Below, piece after piece: positions 1-12,430 of a DNA stretch of 64,000 nt. The notes beneath the pieces were generated by a model that saw nothing but the letters and a program-made list of their open reading frames with translations, did no database searches and had not been told where the DNA came from. The first letter of the stretch is position 1. Each line of letters starts with the position of its first letter. The DNA lies in assembly GCA_003971905.1 (NCBI GenBank), contig RSEE01000010.1, forward strand, positions 372,001-436,000, read 5' to 3'. Both the position numbers and the translations under genes were made by a program. This DNA comes from Moniliella sp. 'wahieum' (taxonomy: Eukaryota).

Positions 1-483
1 GGTGCCGTTCGTCCAACGTTGTACAGCCTGTGCTGCTGGCGGCAGGATAGGCAAACGAAATCGGAGAGACGAGACGGGCAGGCGTGTTTTGCCTTGGCCG
101 TGGCCGACGAGGCCACCTGAGAAGCGTGCTCCGCTAGGGGTGGCTTTCAAATTTCACTGGGGACGTGACGCATGATGGCCACGTGCGGCGCGTGACATGT
201 GACGTGCGGGTAGGCTGCGGCTTTCATTCCGATCGAAAGGGCGCGCGTGCGGCCACAACACAGGGCACGTGACTAGATGGGCACGGGGGCAGTGGCGTGC
301 GCGAATTGCGTCTGCGCGCGGGCGACAGGCCGCGACAGGAGGATGGCTGCGCGACGGAGGGTGAAGCTGAAGGCGAGCCGTCGCTTCAACTGGAAGCGCA
401 CGCGTGACGGCGGCGGCTGCCATCCTGCCACCGCTGCGCTCCGCTCGGCTGCCTCTGCACCCCGTCGGCTCCGTCGGCTAGCT

Positions 484-3069
484 ATGGCCCACCGCAGCGC
501 TGCGCTCATGCCCGACGCGCGCCATGCGCCCTCGGGCGCTGGCTCGTCCCCCCTGCAGCAGCGCCTGCGCGCCCTCCTGCCGCTCCTTGCCGCTGCCCAG
601 CACTGCGCAGCGGCGGGCATGTACGCCGCCGCCTACGTCTTCCTGCGCTGGATCCCCTCCTCCCTCGCCCTCCACGCCGTCCTGGCCGCCTTTCCCCTCT
701 GGGCCGCCCTCGCCCTCCTCACCCGCAGCCTCCGCCCCGCGCCCACCGCCACCGCCACCGCTCCTGCCCCCACCCAGGCCACCAGCAGATGCACCGCCCC
801 GCCTTGCTCGCCCGCCGCGCCCGCCGCTCCCTCTGGCTCCTCCACCTGGCCGTCTTCTTGTTTGTCTTTGACGCCGCCTTCTCCCCCTACCTCTTCCCCT
901 CCCACTGGGCCCGCCACCTCGACGTCTTCCGCTCCGTGCCCCTCGGCCCGACGCGCACACGTGTCCATGTCCGCTTCCCCTTCCCCTTTGGCGAAGAGCA
1001 GTACCTGGCCGCCCGCGGCGGCGCTGGCCCCGATCCCTTTTCCTCTTCCCCCAACCCCGACAGCTTGGATGCCGCCTTGATCCTCAACCCGTACCCGCTC
1101 CGCATTGTGTACCGCGAGTCGCCTCTGGCTGGGGACAGTCTTATTGATTCCCGCTGGGAGCGCGGGCCATTGCTCCATCTCACCGAAGCCCGCGATTGGA
1201 CTGCAACGGCTACCCTGTCCAACCTGTGGCCTGCGACCACGTACGAATGGACAGTGGCCTTTGCTCACAACCATACCCGTCCTCTGCGCGAACAAGTGCG
1301 TCAATTTACCACCTTCCCCGACCCCCGCATGCCCCGGCCCAAGCTTCCCTCGCCGTCTCAACAGGCACCTCCTGTGACTCCCGTTTCGGTTGCACCAGCA
1401 GCTACGGCTACGCTGACTGAACCTGCCCCCTCCTCTGCCGAAGCTTCTGGTGAAGAAGGAAACGAAGAAGAAGCGGGCACAGTGGAACCCCCCTCGACCG
1501 AGCCTACGGCAGTTCTGGAGACGGTTATTGTGGAACCGGTGGATGAATGGACAGTGGATCGTCCCTATCCGATTGTGCCACGCCCCCTGCCAACTGGGCC
1601 GGCTTCGGTGCCGGACGACGACCCTTACCACTTTACCTTTGGGTCGGCCTCATGCGTCAAGGCTGATGTGCCGTGGAACGTTGCTCAGTTCAAAGGGTGG
1701 GCGTGGGCGCTGCGCATGCTGGGCGTCTCGTCTGCAGGACGCAACCGGATCCGCGGCCTGGAGCTCTTGGCGGATCGAGCTGCTCAGGGTGGCCTCCGCT
1801 TCTTCCTCCAAGTAGGCGATTGGATCTATGCGGATGTGCCTTGGTTTACTTCCTCCCTCACACGAACGTCGTTGCTTTCGCACTACCCGCAATCTTTACC
1901 GCGGTGTGCATGCTTCGCTCGGGTGGCAACGGTTGGAACAAGTCGGTACACCCTTTTATGGCGCAGCCGACGATCACGAAGTCTTGAACAATTGGTCTGG
2001 CCACGACACGGATCCTAAGATGCGCAAAGCAGTCCGGTACGGCCTGCAAGCCTGGTTTGAGTATGTGGGGATGGCCAATCCGCGGGCTAGCTGGCCAGAT
2101 GGCCAAGCGGGTCCGGACGAGGATGAGGTGGATCAAGACGCTCTGGATGAAATGTGGAATGCGGAGGTGGTAGTGGAGAATCTACCTTTGGCCGATGTCG
2201 TTGCCATTGCCGAGGACGACATATCCCTCGATATGGATGGGGACATGGAGGAGAAGTTGGTGATCCCAGAGGAAGACAGTCCGCTTGTGCCAGCACCCTC
2301 GGTCCCCAAGCCCCATCCAGACGCAGCAGCGCCACTGCCCGAAGCTTGGTACGACTTCCGGTACGGCGACACGGCCTACTTTGTCTTTGATGCCCGGAGA
2401 CACCGCGAACCCCCTAAGGCCGATGGGAGTGGATCGGTGTTGGGGGCAGAGCAGACGGCCGCCTTCCTCAATTGGCTACAGGCGACCAACGACAGCTCCA
2501 CCACGTTCAAGTTTGTTGTTTCCTCCTTCCCCTTCACGTCGCTTTGGGCGGGGGGGATGGACGTGGATGCGCGAACCGACTCCTGGGCTGCCTATCTGGA
2601 CGAGCGCGATTTTCTCTTGGAAAAGATGGCGAGCGTACCCAACGTGATCGTTCTCTCTGGCGATCGACACGAGTTTGTGGCGGCTGCCCTGGCACCCAAG
2701 AAGACAGAAGAGCAAGAGGAGCAGGAGGGGTACAACCATTGGCCTGTGATCGAGCTGTCCACGTCCCCCCTCAACATGTTCTACCTCCCCGTCCGCACTG
2801 CCAAGCAAGAGCATGGCCGCGGTGCCAGTGGGCAAGAGCAGTTGGTCAAGTACCTACCGGATGGCAATATCAAATGGACTGAGTTTGAGGTCGACACGCG
2901 CGATCCTGCTCACCCAGTCGTGCATGCCGTCGTCTTTATTGACGGCAAGCCTGCTTGGGCTGCCGACATCTTGGGCACCCCCGTCTTTAAGGCCAAGCCA
3001 TCCGCAGCGGAAGCGCTGGGACAGGTGGCCAAGACGCTTCTAGAGTGGCTTGGCTTCCATTGGTTCTAA
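484..3069 (+). CDS. PhoD-like (alkaline phosphatase D family) phosphatase with N-terminal hydrophobic segments; split by about 2 apparent frameshifts
   Basis: Motifs FGSASC, GDWIYAD, DDHEVLNNW, FDARRHR, DSWAAY and LSGDRH across ORFs 277-1080, 789-2018 and 1828-3069; ATG at 484. Confidence 0.85.
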
Positions 3070-4162
3070 TAACCATGGTCTTTCTGGTTTCGTATTCTGG
3101 GTAGAGTGCTCAGAGCTCAGATCTCAGAGCCGCTCTGCTCCCCACCACCTTAGCCTTACACTCTTATGCCACCCTACCTCTTTTTTTCTTCGATGTATAC
3201 TGCCATCGATTCATCCTTCGTCCTCGACTCTGTTGTTCATGTCCTGAGCCACCTCCCTCTCCTGTACCAGGATGCCCCCTTGGGTGTTCGCCTTTCAGCT
3301 ACTGATATGCCCTAGTCTAACCCACTGGTCACCATGCACACCGTTGCCCCTACATCTGTGTTGCCCCGTCTGGTGGGGTTGGCGTAGACGATTATTACCG
3401 AGTGCACCATGCCTGCTTTCCTGCCTGGTGGTCGATTGTCGAAGGGTATATGAAATCGGTTGGGACGGGAGTGGACGTGACGCATATAATGCAAGGAGAG
3501 AGGGAGAGGTGCCTCCTGATGGCCTGCGTGAGCCCAGATGGGAATGTCAGCGAGAAGGATGCCAAACGTGCGTTCGGCCTCGTGACAATGACAATGGCGG
3601 GGCGAGGATGACCTATGGGTAATGATTGCACCAAGAACGAGCCTGCCAAGGCGAAGCTCGACCACTGGGAACAATCCAACGAGCCAACCCGTCCCGCTGG
3701 GAGACGGAGTACCTCTCCAAGGAAGCCCACGTCATCTGTCTCGCCACAGGACTCGGAGCCTCGTCGATCGTCCCTCTTCCTTGAAGGCCAAGGGGACCAA
3801 GCATTTCCTCGGTTTCTGCCACTGTGGTTGCCCCGCATCCCTATCTACATAGACCTATGGATTCAGTTCGTACCCCCTCGCCCACTCAGTTCTCCTCCTT
3901 CGTTATGATGCAACGCCAGGCGAAATGCGTAGTGGCGACTCGATTGCCACGTGCCCGAGAACGTATGAGACAATGGTTTTGGGTTTGGATTCAGGCTTGG
4001 GTTAGGTTTGGTTTTGGTACAAGGTCCTTATGCCCTGGAAACATGCTCGAGGGGAGGCGGGAGGGGGGGTTCAATTCCATCTCGAAACCGCGACAGAAGG
4101 AGGATGGGGTACTGGAGCCTATGCGGCCAAACGAGACGACTGTGCGGCTAGCTTAGGATGCA

Positions 4163-4926
4163 CTACAACGTGTCGAACAGCCGGTCGCCCGTGTCGCCGA
4201 GACCGGGCAGAATGTACCCCTTGGCATCGAGGTGGTCGTCGATCGCGGCCGTGTAGATGGTGAGGCCGGGAAAACTTTCAGCGAGATGGGTGAGGCCCGG
4301 GCTGGACCCGAGGATGGACAGGAAACTAATATCCTCCACCTTGAGACCCCAATCGAGAATCATGCGCACACACGCTACTGCCGTGTTACCGGTGGCGACG
4401 AGCGGGTCGAGGATGAGCACCTTGGCCACAGTCGGGTGGGAGGGGAGCTAGGACGACAGGCCACAGAGTCAGTTGGTACATTCCATCTCAACAGCCGTGC
4501 AGGAAATCTGCCACCAAGAAGACAGGACAGCGGACAGCTACATACCTTGTTGTAGTACTCGACTGGCTGCAGCGACACTTTTTCCCGGTACAGACCAATG
4601 TGAAGGACAGAAGTGTTATCGGGCAAAAGGTTGAGCGCTGCTTCGGTCATGCCGAGTCCGGCGCGCAGAATAGGAACGACACCCAGGCGCGGCGTCACTT
4701 CGCTGCCGGTGAACTGCGCCAGAGGGCCTGCGCCCTGGACTTGGTGGGTGGACAGGTCCTTGGTCGCCTCAATCACCAACACCGACGTAATCTGCCCAAT
4801 GAGGAAGCGCACGTCCCGAGCCGACGTCTCAGCCAGCCGGAGGTTGGCCAGATGGTGCTTGGCGAGCGGATGGTCGACGACCGTGACGCCCGGGACGGAC
4901 GAAGAAGCGGGCGCAGGGGTGCTCAT
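4163..4926 (-). CDS. upp: Uracil phosphoribosyltransferase (upp-type); 2 exons, intron about 4545-4448
   Basis: VPILRAGLGM, HIGLYRE, ILDPLVATGNT and GYILPGLGDTGDRLF; a GTATG..TAG intron joins YYNK to LPSHPTVAKVLILDP. Confidence 0.93.
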
Positions 4927-5550
4927 GATGTAGGAGGCCAGAGTGCGGGGCAGAACCCAAGAGGGAAGAGAGAAGGAGGCAGAACTGCCGGGCAAGCGGA
5001 TGCAAGAGCGGGCTTTTATACGCGGCGGGGAGGCAGCGCCGATTGCGATCGCACCGGTTGGGGCAGTGGCTAGTTGGGGCCAACCCAGTACCCCCCTTAA
5101 CCATTGCTGAGCCGTGCAGGGCCGAGTAGGAGCGCCGATTGATAAGCGCTATTACCAGATGCCTATCTAAGCGCTGAAGCAGGCAGGCGCCAAGCACCAC
5201 GCCGCTCTTATCTGGCGAGCTCCGTGGCGCCCCCCCCCCCACCTCGGCCACGGCGCCAGTGTCCGCCCCGCCTCCCGGCGTCGGGGGCCGCGTCATGCCG
5301 TCACGCGTGGTGTGTCACGCATCACGTGGGGCCACCCAGTCACGTGGCCAGCAGGCGCTGGGGCCAGCAGCCGAGGCAGTGGCTGCTGCCTGATGCTGCC
5401 TACCGCCGCACCCATCCCCTGCGCCCATCCACCCTCCCCATCTCAAGCATCGCACGCTCCGCATGGCTGCGACGGGGGACGGCATATGATAGCCCAGATC
5501 GGATTGGGTCCGAAGGGACCGGGTGGAATATATTGATTGAATGGACACGC

Positions 5551-5617
5551 GGATGGGATGGATGGAATGGATGGAATGGATGGGATGGATGGAATGGATG
5601 GATGGATGGGTGGATGA
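5551..5617 (+). repeat. GGAT / GGATGGAAT microsatellite
   Basis: Tandem ggatggaat and ggat units read directly. Confidence 0.85.
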
Positions 5618-5917
5618 TACAACAGCGGGGCAGAGCAGCGCCGCGTATTCTTTCTTACACACGCGGCAGCGGAGCGCAAGGTGCTTGATGCGGTCCTGTC
5701 GTCGTATACATCAACATGGTGGGCAGGGTCGGGGAGAGGGGAAAGAAGGGATGGGGCACGGGACACAGAACACAGAACACAGAACACAGGACGTAAACAT
5801 GGGACATGGGACATGGGATATGTGGGGCATGGCAGGCCATCGGCCCAGGGAAGGAGCAAAGCGAAAAGCGGGGCGCGGGACTGGCGTGACTGGCGGGGCC
5901 CAAGGTAGTTGCGCACC

Positions 5918-8078
5918 TCATGCGCCAACGGGTGCGGTGGACGACTTGGTCGGGCCCGGGCCTCGGCTCTGGCTGCCCTCCTCCTGGGTCGAGTCGCCAT
6001 CGGCCGCTGCCACGGCATCACCCTGTGCGGCTAGGACGTCAAGGGGCGCAGTCGGACTCACCGCGCGCACCACCCCAATCAGTCGCGTTTTCCCCTCACG
6101 CGTAATGAGTTTTTGCCCTGGCTTGCAGTACTCGGGGAACCGGATGAACCGGAGCCGCAAACGGGCGCGGTCGCCCGTACGAACCACATCTTTATGCACA
6201 CTTGCCACAGCGGTCGCTGTTGGGACAGCGGCGTTCGCGCCGTGCTTGGAGCCGCGGAGGTGAACAATGCCCATAATTCGCACCGTCTGGCGAACGGAAG
6301 CAGTGTGCAACACCATGCACGAGCCAACGCTTAACGTCGTAGAGTGGTACAGGCACAACACCTCCGCATCAAACTCGAGGTGGGCCTTAGCCACTGGCGC
6401 GGTAGCTGCAGCTCCAAGAGAGGTAGGCACAGGAGGCAACGTGGCACTGGGATCGTTTCGACCGAGGATGACCATACCCTTGCGCACATCTTTACGACGA
6501 ATCTTCTTGAGCGCAAAGCTAACGCTCTGCCCGGCCGCGCCGGCATCCACGTGCACTCGTTTCCTTTGGATGGAGCGGATGGTGGTGGGGAAAAAGTTGC
6601 CGAGCGAGTCGGGGCCTAGCAAGATGTGGTCGCCGGTCTGGACTCGTCCCGATACAATCACCCCCGACACGACGGTCCCCACAAACGGGACACTAAATAC
6701 ATCGCTAATCTGGTACTCGAGCGGGGCGTCAACACGGAACTTGGACCCGGGCGCCATGGGGAGAAGGTTGAGGAACGTTCTTAACAGTCCCATGCTCTGA
6801 CCCGTAACGTTGGATACTTGGAATATCGGGCACACCCGATCGCTGCCGTTCATCCGAAGAGCACAGTCGACCACTTGGTCGCGCGTGTGCATGAATATGG
6901 GCGTCTTGCGGCCTGATAAGAAAACAGTCAGAAATCACCAATCACCACCATCCAAGTAGGTGGAGGAGAGGGGGGAAACACGACATACTGCCTGGGCTAC
7001 GCAAAATCTTGACCAACTGTTTGATGGTCGCATCGAGAACGTGGGGCGGGGTCATATCAATCTTGGTGATGCAAACGATGACGGGCACGCTGAGAGCCAG
7101 GGCAATGCCAAGGTGCTCACGCGACATGCCCACCAAGCCTGCATTGGCACCCACCATAAGAATGGTATAGTCGGGCAAGCACCCCGTCATACCAAACAGA
7201 GTCGTCTTGAGGTAATTCTCGTGACCGGCCAAATCCTGATAAGCAGAAAGGATTAGTACTCTTCATCGGGGCGCCACGATGCGTAGAGGGGGAGAGGACC
7301 TACAATGAACGAGATGACCTTGGCCGAGTGTGCGCACACGTCCTCCCAGCTCAACTTGCGTGCGGTGACAGATGGGGCGGCGGAGGAAAAATCTTCGTCA
7401 GACAAGACTGATAATGGATCGGTAGCGGTGGCGGGAGTCCCAGTGGCAAGCCGAGCCAGGTGATCTGCGTTGACAGTCAGACCAGCTGCGTCAAAGCCCA
7501 TGATTTCCATTCCCACGCTCGAGGTACGGCCCGACTCGATCTCATGCTTGTGTCGGAACAGGTTGACCCGAGCTCGCCCACGGCCATCGTCCAACGAGCC
7601 CTTGGTCAACACCCCCAACAAGGTGGACTTGCCCGCATCGACATTGCCCACAACGGCAACACGCGTCTCAAGAAAGTCCTGGACGCTTTGCGGGACACGA
7701 CGAATGAGCAAGTGGGCCGATAACCTCCCGTCCGAGCGGGGGGGTGACAGGGGGGGTGGGAACGTGGGCAGCATTGCCACCCTGAAGTTCAGCAGGGGCC
7801 GGTAAGGGACCTTGGCGGAGGAGAGCAGTGTGGCAGCCGACATGGGAAGCTGCGTCAATCAGGGCAAGCAAGTCGGCTTGGAGGGCGTCGGGCGCGGTGT
7901 AGGCCTCCTCCTGGCCAACGTGGAGCACCACCTCGCCATTGTTGGCGGCCACCTCGGCGTCGAGCCAGTGCTGAAGCGTGGGGGCGCCCGCGGCGATGTG
8001 GGCACGCAGGGCGGGGGGGCGAGCGTGGCGGAGGCGAGGCTGGCAGTTAATGCGTCGACAGATGGGTGACTTGGACAT
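5918..8078 (-). CDS. GTPBP1: GTP-binding protein 1/2 (GTPBP1-like translational GTPase); introns about 7301-7238 and 6989-6913
   Basis: [39 protein letters not shown] and TKID, followed by EF-Tu-like domains II/III ([21 protein letters not shown]). Confidence 0.92.
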
Positions 8079-8771
8079 GGGGCGATGGGGGGGTGGTGGG
8101 GGGCTGGAGGGGACGAGCCACCGAGCCAGTCAGACCGGCTTTAAAGGGGGGGACTGGAGTCACTAGTCACACAGTCGGTGATCGCCTGGAGAGTGACGAG
8201 TACTTACTGGGCGTATGAATATGAGTCAAGCAGTCAGGCTTCACGCGACGCGTCACGCTTCAGGCTGCCAGCTGCCAGCTTGAAGCTTCAAGCTTGAAGA
8301 TTGAAGCTCAAGGGCTGTTGGAGTGCTGGCGGTCGCAATCGGGCGCACATGCTGGGGCAGCACAGCAGCAGCCGAGTCACTAGTCACTAGTCACTCACCA
8401 GCTGCCTGCCAGCCAGCCACGAGTCACAACCGCCGGCTGCGGTGTTGGGCAGTGAACTTGTACGTGGATGCGTCGTTAAGCACCCGACGCTTGCGCCTGC
8501 CATGGCACGCATAGCCTCTCAGCCGCCGTACTCGGCCCCCGCTCCCCCGCCCCCCGCCCCTGCCGATCAACCCCACCGGGACTCCGCCAACCCCGCCTAG
8601 TCGCATCCCATCCCCAGCCCGCCCATCTATCCCCCCAGAGCCCCATCCCACATCCAACATGCACTGGCAGTATTGACAAGAGAAGTAGCAATGCGAATAG
8701 TCCTATCGAATGCAGCGCACACCACCAGACACAAGGAGCAGTGATTTCATTGCCAAGCAGGCCACCCCCCC

Positions 8772-10426
8772 CTACCGCGGCTCCACCGCCAGACGCGTCG
8801 CCACGTCCTCAACCACCGCCTGGTGCAGCTCATTGACCACGTCGTGAGTCAGGTTGCTGTCCATGTGGCGGTACGTGATGCGGTAGCAGCGCGACGAGCG
8901 CTGCGTCTTGGGATGCGTAAACTCGTCCACCAGCTCCACCGATTCCACCAGGTCGCCCGCCCGGTCGCGAATCAGCTCGCAGAGGTCATTCTCATGGAAC
9001 ACCTTTTTGTCCTCGGCCGTGTCGGGCGAGCCAATCCAGAACGAAAAGTCCTTGAGCACGGGGGGGTATTTCGAGTAGGGCTGGTACGTTACCAGCATCT
9101 GCTTTGTCAGATCTGCCTCCTCCACCTCCTGGCCGGCGTCGGCCTTGTCCAGCGCGGTGGCTGCCGCCTCAAACTGTTTCAAGAAACGTTCATCCTGGGA
9201 CCAAAAGAGGCGAATGTCAGGGATGCTGTACAGCACCATGGCAATCCGTTCCAGGCCCAGACCAAACGCCCACCCCAACTTGCCCGGCTGGTGAGCGTTG
9301 TCGAGCTTTTTGCTTCACCACGCCCGTGCCCAAAATCTCAAGCCACTTGCCCCGGAACAACACCTCGATTTCAAACGAAGGCGCAGTAAAGGGGAACGTA
9401 GCTGCAATCCAGCGTACCTGCAGTGGCTCCGCCTCAGCGCCCTTTCCCGACGCGAGCACGTCGGCTTCGTGACGAGGACCAAACAGAGCCAAAACAAGCG
9501 TGTTGAGCGTTCCCTTGAGATGGCGCAGGGCTAGTTCGGCCTGTGCACGGTCCATGCCTGGCTGCCAGCCATCGGAAAGAGCAGGATCCACATGGTCCTC
9601 AATCTCAATGTTGGCCCCAGCAAGCTTGCGTTCGAGTTCTAGACATTCCCTCTCAACGACCCCGCCAGGGGCGAAGTCGCCATTGGGAATAGAGAACACA
9701 CGCGCACCCTCCATTTGGTGAAAGATGGGGTAGTGCGATGCGTCAATCTCGTCCCGCCGATACACGTCGGCGGTGAGCAGCCAGCTGTCGTTGCCGGCAG
9801 CAAACGAGGCCACCTCGTGGGCGCTGGTGTGGGTGCGGAGACATACGTCACGATTGGCATAGTACGTGTCGGTGGGGCTTCGGCCCGGATGGTCCATCGG
9901 GAACCCCAAGTCGTCAAAGTTGAGCTTGGAGGTGACAAGGGGAGATGGTGCGGGAAGAGGGGTCATACCTTTCAGGGTGCGCTCAATCGTACGACGAATC
10001 AAGCGCAGAGGACTGCGCTTGTTGCTCATGGCAAGGGGTACGTCCTTGAGACGAGCAGCCAAGACGGGAGAGATGTTGGTAAAATCGTCCCGAGGAAGGT
10101 CTTGTCCCAGCACCGTGATGGTGGCGGACTCGCCCTTGGGGGAGCGAGAAGGGGTGCATGAACAAAAAGAGCGTGGCGATGCCTTACAGCAAAGAGGGAG
10201 AGATACGTCAGAAGTAGTTCAAGCGGGGACAGAGGTGAAAAAGAAAAAAAGAAGGAATGCTCACTCCTGCCCAGATTGTTGGCTTGGGCCTGATTCCCCG
10301 CCAGAGCGATGCGGACGGAGACGGTGCACAGGCCCGCAGAGCAAGAGTGGACGCGGCCTGGGGGCGACCGCGAACGGGGGCCAGCGCGGCCCGAGACAAC
10401 GTGGTGAGGCGGCCTGGGAGTGGCAT
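8772..10426 (-). CDS. MSF1: Mitochondrial phenylalanyl-tRNA synthetase; 5' intron near 10264-10184 and frameshifts
   Basis: [49 protein letters not shown] and [13 protein letters not shown], with a C-terminal FDX-ACB domain; Arg/Ala-rich presequence [15 protein letters not shown]. Confidence 0.93.
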
Positions 10427-10816
10427 CGCGAGAGATGGTGGCTAGTTGGAAGAGGCGCAAGGAATGTGCTGTCGCCCTCGGATCTCCCGTTTAGCGTTGA
10501 ACGGAAGGCGATCCACGTAACAAAGCGTCCAGAGCGGGTGCTCTGTGCTTTGCGCGCAGCCAGCAGTGGCCATTGGGTCGATTCTTCTTGCGCGCACTGG
10601 GTAAAATGTTCATCTGTGGGGGAGATTGCCCTGCGCATCAGCGCTCCGGCGCTTTCCGAGCCGGTCGGCAGGCTTGCGGTCCATGTACTTCATGCTGACC
10701 TAATCTGCCCTTCGAACCTCTGGGCCTCAAGGCGCTACCCGGCTCGGCCCATCAGGTCTTCGAGCTTCACCAGTGCTCAGTACTCCGTCCTCAGTTGAGT
10801 GCTGCCCTCCAACGTC

Positions 10817-11395
10817 ATGTCGCTGCCGAAGCTCTTGGCCCAAGTGTTTTTCGTTGGCTCCCAGATCGTGGGCAAGGCCTTCATGGAGGCAGGCCGCCAG
10901 GCCGTGCGCAACATTCGCGCGACTCCTGAAACAGCTGCAGCAGGTGGAGCTGCTGCTGCTTCTGGCTCCAAGGCTGGTGGAGTCAGTGGCGAATTGACCC
11001 GCTCCCATCGCATGACCCCCGATGAGGCCATGCTCATCCTCAACTTTAAGCAGGCCGAACCAGGCAAGGTCCCATCACCAGAAGAGATCGAAAAGATGGT
11101 CCAAGTACGTGCTCATTCCCCCTTTACTTTCCGAAACCAAATGGGCCTGGGACCTGGGACGTTGCCGTGCTGACAATTTCCTGCGCTCATTTTCTCTTCA
11201 GACATACGAGCGTCTCTTCAAGATCAACGCGCCTCCCGCGCCTAAAGGCCGCCAGGGCGGTGGACAAGGAAGCTTTTACGTTCAAAGCAAGATTGTGCGG
11301 GCACGAGAACGTCTCGAGGCCGAGTGGGACGCTCTGCGTAAGCAATCTAATCCTCTCCTCCTTCTGATGGCCCTCAAGCGCCACCAACCGCATGA
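10817..11395 (+). CDS. PAM16: Mitochondrial import motor subunit Pam16/Tim16; intron 11106-11200
   Basis: GSQIVGKAFMEAGRQA, MTPDEAMLILN, YERLFKIN and GSFYVQSKIVRARERLEAE; likely native end PPSDGPQAPPTA* after a 1-bp slip. Confidence 0.9.
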
Positions 11396-11726
11396 TGCCC
11401 TGGGTAGGTATGGATGCCTTCCTGTTCTAGACCGAGTTCCATCCATTGTTCTCCCAACTCTCTGGGCCGTTGCGCACGGCACCGACACCTCCATCAATCT
11501 ATTCGCCACTACTACGTTCTTGCCTGCCCCATCCTCCGCCCCCACGCCCAATGCCGTAAAGTTGTGCAATCTTCGTTTCTGTAACTTGTCAGCTTGATGC
11601 TTGAAGCTTGATTTGAGTGCCGACGTCCACGGGAGCTTCGACTTATTGGGCTCAAGTTTAGGCAAAAGTCTGGGGGGGCAACAAACATCACAAAAGAGAG
11701 TTCTTGACAGAATGCGTAGCTGGAAG

Positions 11727-11953
11727 TGTAGCGACGACAGGACGCCAGAACACAATCGAGACACAGCAGTCTCGACGATGCAGACAGCGGATACAGTAGA
11801 GAGACAGAGGAAGAGGAACGGGTATAAGCGGCAGCGAGATACAGGTGGTGGGAAGGCAAATACAGGCGTTGCTACAAGAGGAAAAGAAACCTTTCGGAGT
11901 AGGTAAGCTAGCTAACTGAAGAAGGCCTAGCCAACCACCGGACCATAGAACCA
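11727..11953 (-). repeat. 3' LTR (227 bp), preceded on the - strand by a polypurine tract
   Basis: The + strand reads TGTAGCGAC...CCA; on the - strand AAGGGGGGG-CA sits immediately before the TG start. Confidence 0.78.
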
Positions 11954-11970
11954 TGCCCCCCCTTGCTTGC

Positions 11971-12430
11971 CTAGGAAAAGGCAACGGAAGACTCGATATC
12001 GTCAGGAGGGGAAGGAAGCGGACAGAGCCACCTGTCACGGTCCGTCTCGGTGGCAACGCGGCCGGACGTGTCACCCAACCTATACGTGGCGGTGCCTATC
12101 GCCCCATCAACCCGTAAAGGCGGAGTCCAGTTGGCGAACATGGCACCAACAGGGTCCGAAGTGCGCCGAACAAGCAGCTGTTGAACCCAGGAGCATAGTC
12201 CAGCCGCCGATGCGGAGCAGGCTGTGTATTGCGGATCCCGGAGCGCGCGGCTGAGAGAGCGCTTGATCCGCTTGATGCCTGCGTCTGCGGGCCCGTTTCT
12301 TTGAGGATTGTAAGCGCCAATGTGCATCTGCTGCACATCTTGCGAGACCAGATACCGAGACGCCATGTCGCTGCGAATGCCCCTTTCTGAGTCAGTGATA
12401 AGCGTCTCAGGCGGAGAAGGAGGTTCATTC
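11971..12430 (-). pseudogene. Truncated retrotransposon integrase (C-terminal core plus GPY/F-like segment)
   Basis: PETLITD...HIGAYNPQRNGPADAGIKRIKRSL resembles P..I.SD...AYHPQ.NG.AER; WTPPLRVDGAIGTATYRL resembles W.GPF.V...G..TY.L; stop codon next to the PPT. Confidence 0.75.

Noticed and set aside
5443..6263. ORFs with WMEWMG / PSIPSI / TEHRTQ repeats
   Set aside because: These are translations of microsatellites in the UPRT-GTPBP1 intergenic region.
11396..11597. Long C-terminal extension of Pam16
   Set aside because: A 1-bp correction gives a typical short end at 11395.
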